Below, one piece after another: positions 24,905 through 36,808 of a stretch of 58,003 nucleotides of DNA. Both the position numbers and the translations under genes were made by a program. Position 1 is the first letter of the stretch, and every line of letters begins with the position of its first letter. The notes under the pieces are model-generated. The model was not told where the DNA came from and ran no database searches. It saw only the letters and a program-made list of their open reading frames with translations. This DNA is from Chiloscyllium plagiosum (lineage: Eukaryota): the NCBI RefSeq assembly GCF_004010195.1, contig NC_057760.1, positions 2,862,745 through 2,920,747 of the forward strand, given 5' to 3'.

Positions 24905-26740
24905 GAGTCGTAGAGACTTACAGAAACAGACTCTTCAGTTCAACTCATCCATGCCGACCACATCTTAGATAAATTTAGTCCCATTTGCCAGCATTTAGCC
25001 TACATCCCTCTAAACCCTTCTTATTCATATACCCATCCAGATGCCCTTTAAATGTTGTAATGTACCAGCCTCCACTGCTTCCTCTCGTAGCTCATTCCAT
25101 ACACCACCACCCTCTGTGTGAAAAAAGCTGCCCCTTAGGTCCCTTTTAAATCTTTTCTCTCTCACCTTAGTTTTAGACTCCCCCATCCCAGAGAAAAGAC
25201 CTTGTCTATTCATCCTATCCATGGCCCTCATGATTTCATAAACCTTCAACCTCCGACGCTCCAGCCTATTCAGCCTCTCCCCACAGCTCAAACCCTTCAA
25301 AATCTGGCAACGTCTTTGTCAGTCTTTTCTGAACTCTTTCAAGTTTCACAACACCCTTTCTATGGCACAGAGACCAGAACTGCACATAATATTCCAAAAG
25401 TGGCCTAACCAATGTCCTGTGCAACCACAGCATAACCTCACAACTCCCATATTCAATGTACTGATCAATAAAGGCACACAATAAAGGCAAGTATACCAAA
25501 TGCCTTCTTCACTATCCTATTACCTGCAACTCCACTTTCAAGGAACTGAACTTACACTCAAAGGTCTCTTTGTTCAGCAACACTCCCCAGGACCTTGCCA
25601 TTAAGCGTATAAGACCTGCACTGATGTGCCTTTCCAAAATGCAGCACCTCACATTTATCTAATTAAACTCCTGCCACTACTTGGCCCATCTGATCAAGAT
25701 CCCATTGTGTTTCACTGTCCACTATACTTCCAATTTTGGTGTCAACTGCAAACTTACTAACCATACCTCCTATATAGAAGTCCCTTCTCCCTACCTTTTA
25801 TCTTAGCCTGCTTGGCACACCTTCCTCATTCCTGAAGGGCTTATGCCCGAAACATCAATTCTCCTGCTCCTTGGATGCTGCCTGACCTGCTGCGCTTTTC
25901 CAGCAACACATTTTTCAGCTCTGATCTCCAGCATCTGCAGTCCTCACTTTCTCCTCCTATATACACATCCAAAGCATTGATCCTTGTGGCACACCACTGG
26001 CCACCAGTCTCCAATCTTAAAAGAAACCATCCACCACCACCCTCTGATTTCTACGTTTGAACCATTTCTGTATCTAAATGGCTAGTTTTCCCTTTATTCC
26101 ATGTGATCTAATCTTGCTAAACAGTCTACCCTGAGCAAGCTTGTTGAACGGGTCACTGAAGTCCATGTAGATCATGTCCACCGCTCTGCCCCCATCAATC
26201 TTCATTGAGTTTTTTGAAGAAGTAATCAAGTTATTGAGATACAATTTCCCACACACAAAGCCATGACAACTATCACTATGACTATGAGTCTTTGCCATTC
26301 CAAACACATGTAAATCCTGTCCCCCAGGATGTCCTCCAACAACATGCTCACCACTGTTGTCAGACTTAATCTATAGTTCCAAAGCCACAGCCTGCTTAGC
26401 CTCTTCCTGTAACTCAAACTCTAGTCCTGGCAACAACATCCTTGTAAATCTTTTCTGTACCCTCTCAAATTTAACATCCTTTCTGCAGAAGGGTGACCAG
26501 AATTGTACACAATATTCTGAAAGTGGCCTCAGCAATGTACAGCCTTAACATGGCATCCCAACTCCTATAGTCAGTACACTGACCAATGAAGGCAGGCACA
26601 CTAAACTCCTTTTTCAACACTCTGTCTACCTGAGACCGTAGGGCACTTTCTCTGGCAACAGTCCCTAGAGCCACCATTAACTGTATAAGCCCCACCCTGG
26701 TTTCCCTTACCAAAATGCAACATCTCGCATTTATCGAAAA
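24905..26740 (-). mobile_element. CR1-type LINE fragments in PMF1 intron 3
   Basis: LVRPLLEYYVQFW, IDGGRAVDMIYMDFS..LFSKIRSHGI, DKCEMLHFGK. Confidence 0.8.
25777..25952 (+). mobile_element. Penelope 3'-end fragment with a degenerate hammerhead, nested in CR1
   Basis: cctgaagggcttatgcccgaaacatc (3-nt core deletion) plus the family terminus, flanked by a CCTCCTATATA direct repeat. Confidence 0.7.
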
Positions 26741-26989
26741 CACTTTCAAAGCAAAAGGGAAAAACAATTCCATTCACATTGTTTACCCTCTCATTCTCTA
26801 ACTCAGAGATCACCGACAGTGATCAGGAGCAGGAACCCTGCGATTGTTCAGACTAGTTATACCAGGCCAGCCCTTGGAAATAGATTTTATTTAAACTCAT
26901 TGTGGGATGTGAGCACCACTGGCTGGGTCAGCATCTACTGCCCATCCCTCATTGCCCTGGAGAAGATGGTGGTCAGCTGCTGCAGTCTT

Positions 26990-27770
26990 GGTGGCAAATG
27001 GCATTTAATTTAGATAAATGCAAGGTGTTGCGGTTTGATAAGGCAAACCAGAGCGGGACTTATATATTTAATGGTGAGCTCTGGGGATTGTTGCCAAACA
27101 GAGACCCAGGGATGCAGATGCATAGTTCCTTAAAAGTGGAGTTGCAGGTAGACAGAGTGGTGTAGGTGGGGTTTGGTATGCTTGCCTTCATTGGTCAGTG
27201 CACTTGAGTATAAGAGTTTGGGTGTCATGTTGTGGTTGTAGAGATATTGGTTAAGTCATTTTTGAAATAATGCATGCAATTCTGGTCACCTTTCTATAGG
27301 AAGGATGTTGTTAAATTTGGGGGTATATAGAAAAGATTTACAAGGATGTTGCCAGAACTTGAGGGTTTGAGTTACCAGGAAGAGTCTGAATAGGCTGGGG
27401 CTGTTTTCCCTGCAGCATCAGAGGCTGAGGGGTGACCTTATTGAGGTTTATAAAATCATGAGTGGCATGGAAAGGGTGAATAGCCAAGAAGATGGGGGAG
27501 TTCGAAAGTAGAGGGCACAGATATATCATGAGATGAGAAAGATTTATAAAGGACCTGAGGAGTAGGTTTTTCATGCAGAGGGTGATGCATGTGTGGAACG
27601 AGCTGCCAGACAAAGTGAAGGCTAGTACAATTACAACATTTAAAAGGATGGGTATATGAATAGGTAGGGTTCAGAGGAATGTGGGCCAAATACTGGCAAG
27701 CAGGACTAGGTCAGATTGGGATGTACAGAGGAATTGGACCAAAGGGTCTGTTTCCATGCTGTATGACTCT
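26990..27770 (+). mobile_element. CR1-type LINE 3' fragment
   Basis: WQMAFNLDKCKVLRFDK and a CR1 3' UTR. Confidence 0.8.
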
Positions 27771-27835
27771 GCTGTTAGACAAGGAGTTCTATCCAGCTGC
27801 TAGTTTACTCCTGAATGATTGCAGTCTGCCCTTAC

Positions 27836-27936
27836 CACGCAGGGTCTGTACGTGCTTCAGATTCACGTTCCAGCTGATCCAATTTAGGGAGTGCTCGTTC
27901 AAACAGTCCATCTTCAGAGATCTGACTGACTTCTTC
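27836..27936 (-). CDS. PMF1: PMF1 exon 3
   Basis: ttacag|GAAGAA...GCGTG|gtaag, 101 bp, not in the ORF track. EEVSQISEDGLFERALPKLDQLERESEARTDPAW resembles human EEISDIKEEGNLEAVLNALDKIVEEGKVRKEPAW. Confidence 0.92.
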
Positions 27937-28024
27937 CTGTAATGGGGAAAAAAAGAGCAGGTTTCAGGAGATGGTTCTGGATCTCAGATTAATTATGTAC
28001 ACGCAAAGGATTTAATACACAATA

Positions 28025-28220
28025 TCTTAGCGAGTTTTGAAAAGATTTGTAGCTCAGGTTGAGGTTCTGGATGTAGGTTTGCTGGCTGAGCTGGAAGGTT
28101 CATTTCCAGATGTTCATTTCCGACTAGGTAACATCTTCAGTGAGCCTCCGGGCGAAGCACAGCTGACGATTTCTGCTTTCTATTTATACATTTGGGTTTC
28201 TTTGGGTTGGTGATGTCATT
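28025..28220 (-). mobile_element. Penelope terminal-repeat fragment (same family as 56.4-57.1 kb)
   Basis: Reverse-complement similarity to 56960-57090, including a degenerate CTGAAGATGTTACC core. Confidence 0.6.
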
Positions 28221-28969
28221 TAGCAGGTTAGGGTGGATTGTCCATACTAAATTGCCGTGTGTACAGGAATGCGCAGGTTAGGTGGATCAGCCATGGAAAA
28301 TCAGGGTTTTGGGGATGGGTTGTGTCTGGGTGGGATGCTTTTTGGAAAGTTGGTGTGGACTCGATGGGTCGAAAGGCCTGCTTTCACGCTGTAGGGATTC
28401 TTTGAAATGATCTCTCACTGAAATCACATAGCATTTGCAACAAGATAGATGAATTGACTGCACAAATAAACAGGTAAGATTTAAGTGCCATGATGCAGAC
28501 ATGGCTGCAATTTGAACCAAAACCAGGAACTAAATGCTCACGGGTATTTGACATTCAGGAACAATAGATAGTAAGGAAAAGAAGGTGGGATAATGCTGTC
28601 AGTGAAGGATCAACAGCAGTGAAATTCAAGATGTAGAATCAGTGTGTGGAGCTAAGAAACAGCAAAGGACAAAGAGTGGTGGGAGTTGTTTGTAAGCCAC
28701 TAAACAGTATTATACAGCATGGTATAAATTAGGAAGCTGGATAATGCAGTAATAACATGGAATTTCAACTGACACCAACCTACAAGATAGTTTTCTAGGA
28801 CTGTATTTCAGGGATCCAATAAGATAACATGCTATTTCTTGTAGCATTCTGAGAAAATGATGGTCTACTGGTTCTGTAACTGAACTATTAATCCAGCGAT
28901 TCAGATAATGTCCTTGATACCTAGGTTTGAGTCCTGCAATGGCAGATGGTGGAATATGAATTTAGTAAA

Positions 28970-30210
28970 AACTGTCACTCAAAGTGGCAATGGAAGTGGA
29001 TAAGGCGATAAAGAAGAGACACAGCATGCTTGCTTCATTGGTTACGACACTGAGTATTAAAGTCATGTTGCAACTGCACAAGGATTTGGTCAGGCCACAT
29101 TTGGAGTACTGTGCGCAGTTTTGACTGTTGCACTACAGGATGGATGTGGAGGCTTTGGAGAGGATGCAGAAGAGGTTTACGTCGATGATGACTAGATTGC
29201 AGTGTATTGGCTATAAAGGTAATCTTGGATCGTTTTTGCTTGAGTCGAAGGCACAGAGATGACCTAATAGAAGTATATAAAATTACAAGGGATATAGGGG
29301 GGTAGTTGGGAGTCTCTTTCCCAGAATGGAAATGTCAAATACCGTGGGGCAAAGGTTTAAGGTGATGGGGAGAAACTTTAAAGTGAGGAAAACACAGGGG
29401 GTAGCAGGTGCCTGGAAAATGCTGCTGGGGTAGTAGTAGAAGAAGATACAATAGCAAAGTTTATAAGGCATTTAGACAGACACATGAACAGGCAGGGAAC
29501 AGAGGGATACAGACCTTGAGCAGGTAGATGGAATTAGTTTAGAAATAGTATCATGGTCAGCACAGATACGGTGGGCTGTGCATTACTGTTCTACGTTCTA
29601 TTTTAGATATAGTATTGTGCAATGAAAAAGATCTAATTACAAGACCGTAAGAAATAGGAACAGGAGCAGCCTGTTTGGCCCATTGAGCCTCCTGTGCCAT
29701 TCAATACGATCATGGCTGATCTGACATACCTCATGTTCATTTTCCTGCCCTTTCCCCATAATCTTTGATTTCCCGACTGATCAAGAATCTGACTATCTCA
29801 GCCTGAAATAGACATAAAGACTCTGCCCCCACAGATCTCTCTGACAAGGAGTTCCAAAGAATCTCAAACCACTGAGAGAAGAAATTCTTCCTCATCTCAG
29901 TCTTAAATTGGCACCCTTTGATTCTGAGATTATGCCCCCTGATCCTAGACTCTCCCAGCAGAAGATACATTTTCTCAGCATTTAGCCCAACGAGCCCCTA
30001 TCTATTTTAATAAGATCACCTCATTCTTCTAAACTCCATTGATCAGGACGACCTAACTTTCACTCATACAATAATCCCGCCACGCTGGAGATCATCCCAG
30101 TGAACTTTCTCTGAACTGCCTCAAGTGAAATATATCTTTTCTTAAATACGCAGACCAAAACTGCTCACAATACTCCACATGTGGTCTCAGCAGCAACTTG
30201 TACAGCTGCA
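28970..30210. mobile_element. Two CR1-type LINE 3' fragments, tail-to-tail (+ at 28970-29600, - at 29640-30210)
   Basis: ggtcaggccacatttggagtactgtg on +; ESRIRGHNLRIKG..FFSQWFEILWNSL on -. Confidence 0.7.
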
Positions 30211-30695
30211 ATACCCTTAAATTTATAATTCATACTCTTTTGTAATGGAACTTCTACAGAATATATATTATATAATATTATAGAATTATACATTAAATTT
30301 GAAAGTGAACCTAAACCAGGTTCTTCAACTGAAAATAAACTAGGAAACTGTAAGAAACAATCTGGCTACGCCTTTGCATACTAACATTTAAAAATACTGT
30401 ATTTCTCTCATGAAACAAATTTTAAGAAGTGTGGAACTTAACACTTCAAAGTGAAAAGATCCCTGAACCGTTCTGAGTCACATCAGTTCTTTAAAAAGGT
30501 CAGCATACTCAAAACTGGCCATCTAGCTTGTGATCTTGTCATTAATACACAGACAAGTAGAAAATGTATTGAAGTAGGGTCAATCTTGATTACAATTGAG
30601 ATTGATTTTCTACTGAATTATAGAGTTATACAGCATGGAAACAGACCCTTTGGTCCAACTAGTCCATACTAAACATAATCCCAAACTAAACCCAC

Positions 30696-30920
30696 CTGGA
30701 TTAGAGTGGTGCTGGAAAAGTACAGCAGGTCAGGCAGCATCCAAAGAGCAGGAAAATCGACGTTTTGGGCAAAAGCCCTTCATCAGGAATTCCTGATGAA
30801 GGGCTTTTGCCCAAAACGTCAATTTTCCTGCTCCTTGGATGCTGCCTGACCTGCTGTGCTTTTCCAGCACCACTCTAATCCAGACTCGGGTTTCCAGCAT
30901 CTGCAGTCCTCGTTTTTACC
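30696..30920. mobile_element. Palindromic Penelope-derived insertion (188-bp inverted repeat 30696-30883) nested in a CR1 3' end
   Basis: Centre GAATTC at 30787-30792. Both arms read CUGAUGA-AGGGC-UUUU-GCCC-AAAAC-GUC, i.e. GAAA is mutated to AAAA. Confidence 0.85.
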
Positions 30921-31469
30921 TAAACTCATCCCACCTGCCTGCTCCTATCCCCTATCCCTTCAAACCTTTCTTATTCAAGTACTTATCCAAGTGTCTTTTA
31001 AACATATCCACATCCACCACATCCTCAAGAAATTTATGACACATGCGAACCACCCTCTGTCCAAAACATTTGCGCCTCGCATCTTTTTAAAATCTGACTC
31101 CTCTCACCTTAAAATTGTGCCTCCTGGTCTTGAAATTCCCCCATCCTTGGGAAAAAGACAACTATTATTAACTCTATCTCTACCCTTTGTTATTTTATAA
31201 ACTTCTATATGGTCACCTCTCAATGTCTGACATTCCAGTGAAAGACACTTGTAATAAGGTAGATTGAGCAATAGGGCCGGTTCACAGACAGTTTAAAACA
31301 TGGTGATTACAAATTTACATTTCTTTGAGACTCAAAAATCTTGTCAGGAAGGTAGTTTAACCACGGTAATTGACAGAAATTAAAAGATTGCATTAGACGA
31401 AAGAAATAAAGTTGCCAAAATATTACGAAGACCGATGACTGGGAACATTTTCGACTTCAGCAGAATAGG

Positions 31470-31649
31470 GACGAAGAGTGTGGTGCTGGAAACGCACAGT
31501 TGGCCAGGCAGCATCCAAGGAGCAGGAGAGTTCAACACTTCGAGCATACGTTGACTCTCCTGCTCCTCGGATGCTGCCTGACCGGCCGTGTTTTTGTAGC
31601 ACCACACTCTTCGATTTTGATATCCAGCATTTGCAGTCCTCACTTTCTC
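31470..31649. mobile_element. Older palindromic Penelope-derived insertion with ~15-bp TSD
   Basis: CTTCAGCAGAATAGG (31455-31469) versus CTTCAGCAAAATAGG (31650-31664), with diverged inverted arms. Confidence 0.75.
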
Positions 31650-31892
31650 CTTCAGCAAAATAGGACCAAGAAACTGATAAAGAGGAAAATAGAACATTAA
31701 ACTAGTGAAAAACACAAAATAGATGGCAAAAGATTTGGTAGGAAGGCAAACAAAGAACCACACAACACAGCTATTTGGCCCATTGAGCCTATTCCATTTC
31801 TTTGACAGAGCTATTAATTTTGAACCAATTGATCAAGTAACAAATTTGACAACAGCCAGAAATTTTAATAAACAGGGTTCTTCATTGCTCAC

Positions 31893-31998
31893 CTGGATAG
31901 AGGTCTGGAGTTGAGAAATAAGCTGCTTGTAGACACTATGTGTGAACTGTGGCTGAATTTTGTAAACAGGTTGAAAGCACTGAGCAAACCTCTCAAAG
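31893..31998 (-). CDS. PMF1: PMF1 exon 2
   Basis: ag|C TTT GAG...ATC CAG|gtgag, 106 bp. SFERFAQCFQPVYKIQPQFTHSVYKQLISQLQTSIQ resembles human SYQRFTDCYKCFYQLQPAMTQQIYDKFIAQLQTSIR. Confidence 0.93.
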
Positions 31999-32409
31999 CT
32001 ACATATGGAGGGAAGAAAAACAGGGTACCATGCCCTCAATTATTAAAACATATCCATCAAGCAACCGTCAGTGTGAAAATCAAAACAAATACACAAAATA
32101 AAGTAATCAGATTCATTTCAAATTTAGAGGTGGAGTAAATTACCAGCAGTTGCTATTAGTTGACCACATATGCCAAAGGCCAATGAACAACCTAGTTTGC
32201 GGATATTGAGGCATTTAAAGAGCTCAAGCAGAACACACACTGCTTGCAGATAGGATTGATCTGACAGAGTATTCGGAGACAGAGCAGTAATCAAATCAGC
32301 AGTGTCAAAATCCTGCAACTCCCTTCCAAATCTGGACGTACAACAGATGGAGTGCATTGATTCACACCTTCTCAAGGGCAGTAAATACTGGGTTGATCTT
32401 GCTTATGAC

Positions 32410-33260
32410 AGTCATGCAGTATGGAAGCAGACTCCTGGGTCCAACTTGTCTACCCAGTCCAGTTTCCTAAACAAAACTGGCCCCATTTGCCTGTGATTGG
32501 CCCATATACCTCTAAACCTTTCCTGTGCACATTCCTTCCAAATGTCTTTTAAACGTTATGACGTGGAGGAGCCGGTGTTGGACTGGGGTGGACAAAGTTA
32601 AAAATCACACAACACTAGGTTATTGTCCAACAGGTTTATTTGGAAGCACTAGCTTTCATAGCACTGCTCCTTCACCAGTATGTGGAGCAGGACCATAAAA
32701 CACAGAATTTCGAGCAAAAGATTACAGTGTCATGCAACTGAAATGATATTTTGAACAAACCTAGATTGCTGTTAAGTCTTTCATCTTTTAGAATGGGTTG
32801 CAGGTTTTGGTTTATTAATATGTAAATCCCAGTACTGATGTTACATGATTTTTCAAAACTTTTAAATGTTGTTACTGTACCTCCATCTACCACTTCCTCG
32901 AGCAGTTCATTCTACATATGAACCACCTTCTGTGTGAAAAAGTTGCCCATCATGTCCCTTTTAAATCTTTGTCCTGTCACCCTGGGAAAGAGACCATGGC
33001 CATTTACCAAGCCCTTTATAAACCTCTATAAGGTCACCTCTCAGCCCCTAACGCTCCAGTGAAAAAGTTCCCAGCTTATCCCTTAACTCAAACCCTCCAG
33101 TCTCAGCAACATCCTGGTAAATCTTTTGTGAACTCTCTCCAATTTAATAATGTCCTTCCTAAGGTAGGGTGTCAAGAACTGTACACAATATTCCAGATGT
33201 GGCCTTACCAATGTCCTGTGCAACCTCAACATGTTGTCCCAACTCTCATGATCTGATCAA
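32410..33260 (-). mobile_element. CR1-type LINE 3' fragment with a nested foldback element
   Basis: Reverse-complement similarity to the 35185-35650 copy. Confidence 0.7.
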
Positions 33261-33414
33261 TGAACGGGCAATCTAAACAGGTAGCCCCGATGTAAGGAGG
33301 TTCTCTCAAAGGGTACATTCCTAATGTAGGGGGAATTCCTTAAAAGGAGTAGACCCAGTACAAGGGGGATTCTTTAACGGCACAGCAGGTCAGGCAGCAT
33401 CCAGGGAACAGGAG

Positions 33415-33450
33415 ATTCGACGTTTCGGGCACAGGCCCTTCTTCAGGAAT
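33415..33450 (-). ncRNA. Minimal type I hammerhead ribozyme motif (mirror copy)
   Basis: Reverse-complement arm of the same palindrome, with an identical core. Confidence 0.72.
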
Positions 33451-33484
33451 TCCTGAAGAAGGGCCTGTGCCCGAAACGTCGAAT
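33449..33484 (+). ncRNA. Minimal type I hammerhead ribozyme motif
   Basis: AUUC-CUGAAGA-A-GGGC-CUGU-GCCC-GAAA-C-GUC-GAAU: intact catalytic core, 4-bp stem II, 4-bp stem I and palindromic ACGU in place of stem III, as in Penelope-type minimal hammerheads. Confidence 0.75.
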
Positions 33485-33799
33485 CTCCTGTTCCCTGGAT
33501 GCTGCCTGACCTGCTGTGCTGTTCCAGCAATAAAGTTTCAACTTTGATCTCCAGCATCTGCAGACCTCACTTTCTCCTCGGATTCTTTAACGGGCCAATT
33601 CTAGTGTCAGCAGGCATTTCCCCATTGTAATGGGGATCCCACAATGGTGTAGTCTCTGTGTATGAACCCTTAAAAAAGGGAATCTCTGGGCAAGGGGTGA
33701 TTCTTTAAAGTTAAAGATGTATTCCTTAAAGGGGCAGGACCTTATAGAGGTGTACCCCTTGAGGGACAATCCAAACACAAGGGGCTTTTCATCAAAGGG

Positions 33800-34487
33800 T
33801 CAGGTATCCCTTAAAGGGGCAGTGCCAATGCAATACGGGCAGTTGTCCCTTAAAGGGGCAGTGCCAATGCAACACAGGCAGGTATCCCTTAAAGGGGCAG
33901 TGCCAATGCAACACAGGCAGGTCTCCCTTAAAGGGGCAGTGCCAATGCAACACGGATAGGTATCCCTTAAAGGGGCAGTGCCAGTGTAACACGGGCAGGT
34001 ATCCTTTAAAGGGGCAGTGCCAGTGTAACACAGGCAGGTATCCCTTAAAGGGGCAGTGCCAATGCAACACGGATAGGTATCCCTTAAAGGGGCAGTGCCA
34101 ATGTACACAGATAGGTATCCCTTAAAGGGGCAGTTCCAGTGTAACACGGGCAGGTATCCCTTAAAGGGGCAGTGCCAATGCAACACAGGCAGGTATCCCT
34201 TAAAGGGGCAGTGCCAGTGTAACACGGGCAGGTATCCTTTAAAGGGGCAGTGCCAATGCAACACAGGCAGGTATCCTTTAAAGGGGCAGTGCCAGTGTAA
34301 CACGGATAGGTATCCCTTAAAGGGGCAGTGCCAGTGTAACACGGGCAGGGTTTCCCTTAAAGGGGCAGTTCCAGTGTAACACGGGCAGGTTTCCCTTAAA
34401 GGGGCAGTTCCAGTGTAACACGGGCAGGTTTCCCTTAAAGGGGCAGTGCCAGTGTAACACGGGCAGGGTTTCCCTTAAAGGGGCAGT
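33800..34487. repeat. 39-bp minisatellite abutting the PMF1 exon 1 donor
   Basis: Unit TATCCCTTAAAGGGGCAGTGCCAATGCAACACGGGCAGG (~17 copies), with decayed copies back to ~33280. Confidence 0.93.
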
Positions 34488-34501
34488 CTGTTGACTGTTA
34501 C

Positions 34502-34740
34502 CTGGCGGTTTCTAGAAGCTTCTCCACTGTGGTATCTATCGCCGCCTTGAACAGTCTCAGCCTTTTTGAGTCCGAGGCCGGAGTGTCCGCCCCCGATCCG
34601 GATGAAGTGTCCAGACCCGTGGACGGCGGGGTTACCTCTCCCCGCTCCCCCTCAGGCGGGGCGGCCTCCGAGCTCTCCCGCCCTCCCTCGGGGGTGACCG
34701 TTACTCCGCTCCCTCTCCTCTCGCCGCTCTCGAGCTCCAT
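34502..34740 (-). CDS. PMF1: PMF1 (polyamine-modulated factor 1 / Nnf1, MIS12 complex) exon 1
   Basis: ATG at 34740 in a CpG island. Ends ...KRLRLFKAAIDTTVEKLLETA-AG|gtaac, matching the human PMF1 segment RVKLLDTMVDTFLQKLVAAG. Confidence 0.9.
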
Positions 34741-35110
34741 TCTTCCCGCCAAAGGCCCCACCCGCGCGCTTCAACCTGACTGGTCGACGGACGCTTTGCC
34801 AATTGGGCTAGAGGCTTGTCAGTCAGGCGCCGATCGCCCCACCCTCTCTGCACTGATTGGGCCACGCCGTGCACCCACCGTCGCCCCGCTTTCGCTCCCG
34901 GCGAATCAGGAAAACCGACACGTTAACTGCGCCCGGTTTGTTTCTGTGGACTCCTGTCATTGGCCAATCTTCTTGGAACCGCCTACCATCGGCTTTGATC
35001 GCGCGGACCACTCTAAATCCATGATTGGCCAGACTGAGGGTCACTCAATACAGAGACCCCACCCACTCCCCGTTTGAGCCTATCAAAGCTATGAGACTTG
35101 GTAGGCGGCC
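34741..35110 (-). promoter_or_regulatory. PMF1 CpG-island promoter with multiple CCAAT boxes
   Basis: CpG-rich with no evident TATA. CCAAT/ATTGG motifs near 34800, 34857, 34960 and 35025 are typical of NF-Y-driven cell-cycle promoters. Confidence 0.7.
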
Positions 35111-35184
35111 TTTCAGCCCATGCTGTTCCTCCTGGCTCCCTATTTCTGTCAAAGTTTTAAAAAAAACACAGAACACAATTTAAA

Positions 35185-35650
35185 GGGTTCATTTACAAGG
35201 ATGTTGCCAGGGTTGGAGGATCTGAGCTACAGGGAGAGGCTGAAGAGGCTGGGGCTGTTTTCCCGGGAGCGGAGGATGAGGGGTGACCTTATAGAGGTTT
35301 ACAAAATTATGAGGGGCATGGATAGGATAAATAGGCAAAGTCTTTTCCCTGGGGTCGGGAAGTCCAGAACAAGACGGCATAGGTTTAGGGTGAGAGGGGA
35401 AAGATATAAAAGAGACCCGAGGGACAACTATTTCACACAGAGGGTGGTAGGTGTATGGAATGAGCTGCCAGAGGATGCGGTGGAGGCTGGTACAATCGCA
35501 ACATTTAAGAGGCATTTGGATGGGTATATGAATAGGAAGGGTTTGGAGGGACACGGGCCGGGTGCTGGCAGGTGGGACTAGATTGGGTTGGGATATCTGG
35601 ACGGGTTGGACCGAAGGGTCTGTTTCAATGCAGTACATCTCTATGACTCT
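35185..35650 (+). mobile_element. CR1-type LINE 3' end, directly upstream of the PMF1 promoter
   Basis: FTRMLPGLEDLSYRERLKRLGLFS..RGDLIEVYKIMRG..FTQRVVGVWNELP. Confidence 0.88.
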
Positions 35651-36624
35651 ATCCTTCCTAATGCAGTGTCCAAAACCAAACACAAATCTTCCCGCAGAGG
35701 TCTAACTACTGGTTCTGTATAAGATCATCATAACGTCCCTACTACTGTACTCTTATTTATGAAACCTAGAATTGGTATGCTCTGCAAACAGCTGTCTATT
35801 TGTTCTAACGTCCTTAACGACAAGTATTTATACACCCAACTCCCTCAGCTCCGACACACCCTTCAGATTCATGTATTTTATGTGATAATAATTCAAAGAA
35901 CTGCAGAGGCTTAAAATCTAAAACAAAAGCAAAGTGCTGGAGAAGCCCATGTTGTGGAGAAAAAGCAGAATTAACACTCTGAAGGAGGATTACTACACTC
36001 AAAGTATAGTTTCTGTCTTCAGAAGTTGCCAGATCTGCTGAGTATCTCCTGCAATCTCCCTTTACTTTATAGTTTTTCCCTGTTCCTTGTGATGGGCATC
36101 ACCTCAGCATTCTTCACACTGAACTTCGTCTTTCATCGATCCATTCTCTCTACTAACATACCAATGTCCTTTTGAATTTCTACATTGTCCTCCTCAACAA
36201 TTCTCCAAAGTGTTGTGCTATCCGCAACTTTGAAATTGTCCCCTGCACACAGGATCACTTGTGTGTATCAGAAAATGCAAGGATCCCAATATTGAACTTT
36301 AGGCAGCATGGTGGCTCAGTTGTCAGGGACCTGGGTTTGATTTCATCCTCGGATGACTGTGTGAAGTTTACACATTCTCCCTGTGTCTGCAAGAGTTTGC
36401 TGGGTTATAGAGTAGAGGGGTGGGATACTCTTTGGAGGGTCAGTGTGGACCCAATGGGCTGAATGGCCTGTTCCCACACTGTAGGGATTCTATGATACCA
36501 TTACAAACCTTTCAGCTCTAAAAATAACCACTCACCCAAAGTCTGTATCCTATCTCGTAGCCATGTTGCTACTGTCCCTACAATTCCATGACCTATAACT
36601 TTCCTTACCAGTCTTTTCAGTAGC

Positions 36625-36808
36625 TGAAAATGCGTTGCTGGAAAAGCGCAGCAGGTCAGGCAGCATCCAGGGAACAGGAGAATCGACGTTTCGGGCATAA
36701 GCGAAACGTCGATTCTCCTGTTCCCTGGATGCTGCCTGACCTGCTGCGCTTTTCCAGCAACACATTTTCAGCTCTGATCTCCAGCATCTGCAGACCTCAC
36801 TTTCTCCT
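36625..36808. mobile_element. Palindromic Penelope-derived insertion with truncated centre and 14-bp TSD
   Basis: GTCTTTTCAGTAGC at 36611-36624 and 36809-36822. The inverted arms meet at ...GACGTTTCG GGCATAAG CGAAACGTC, so the CUGANGA half is absent. Confidence 0.85.

Larger units (their letters stand above)
33381..33579. mobile_element. Short Penelope-derived insertion: 140-bp perfect palindrome (33380-33519) with 14-bp TSD
   Basis: Inverted repeat centred on GAATTC (33447-33452). Direct repeat GGATTCTTTAACGG at 33367-33380 and 33580-33593. The 3' end is shared with the Penelope copy at 54.6-55.0 kb. Confidence 0.85.

Noticed and set aside
33717-34379. Cys/His-rich 13-aa repeat ORFs (LHWHCPFKGYLPV) resembling a metal-binding protein
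   Set aside because: They translate the 39-bp intronic minisatellite, which is open in several frames.
34529-35077. 182-aa plus-strand ORF
   Set aside because: Antisense shadow of PMF1 exon 1 and its GC-rich promoter, with no recognisable domain.
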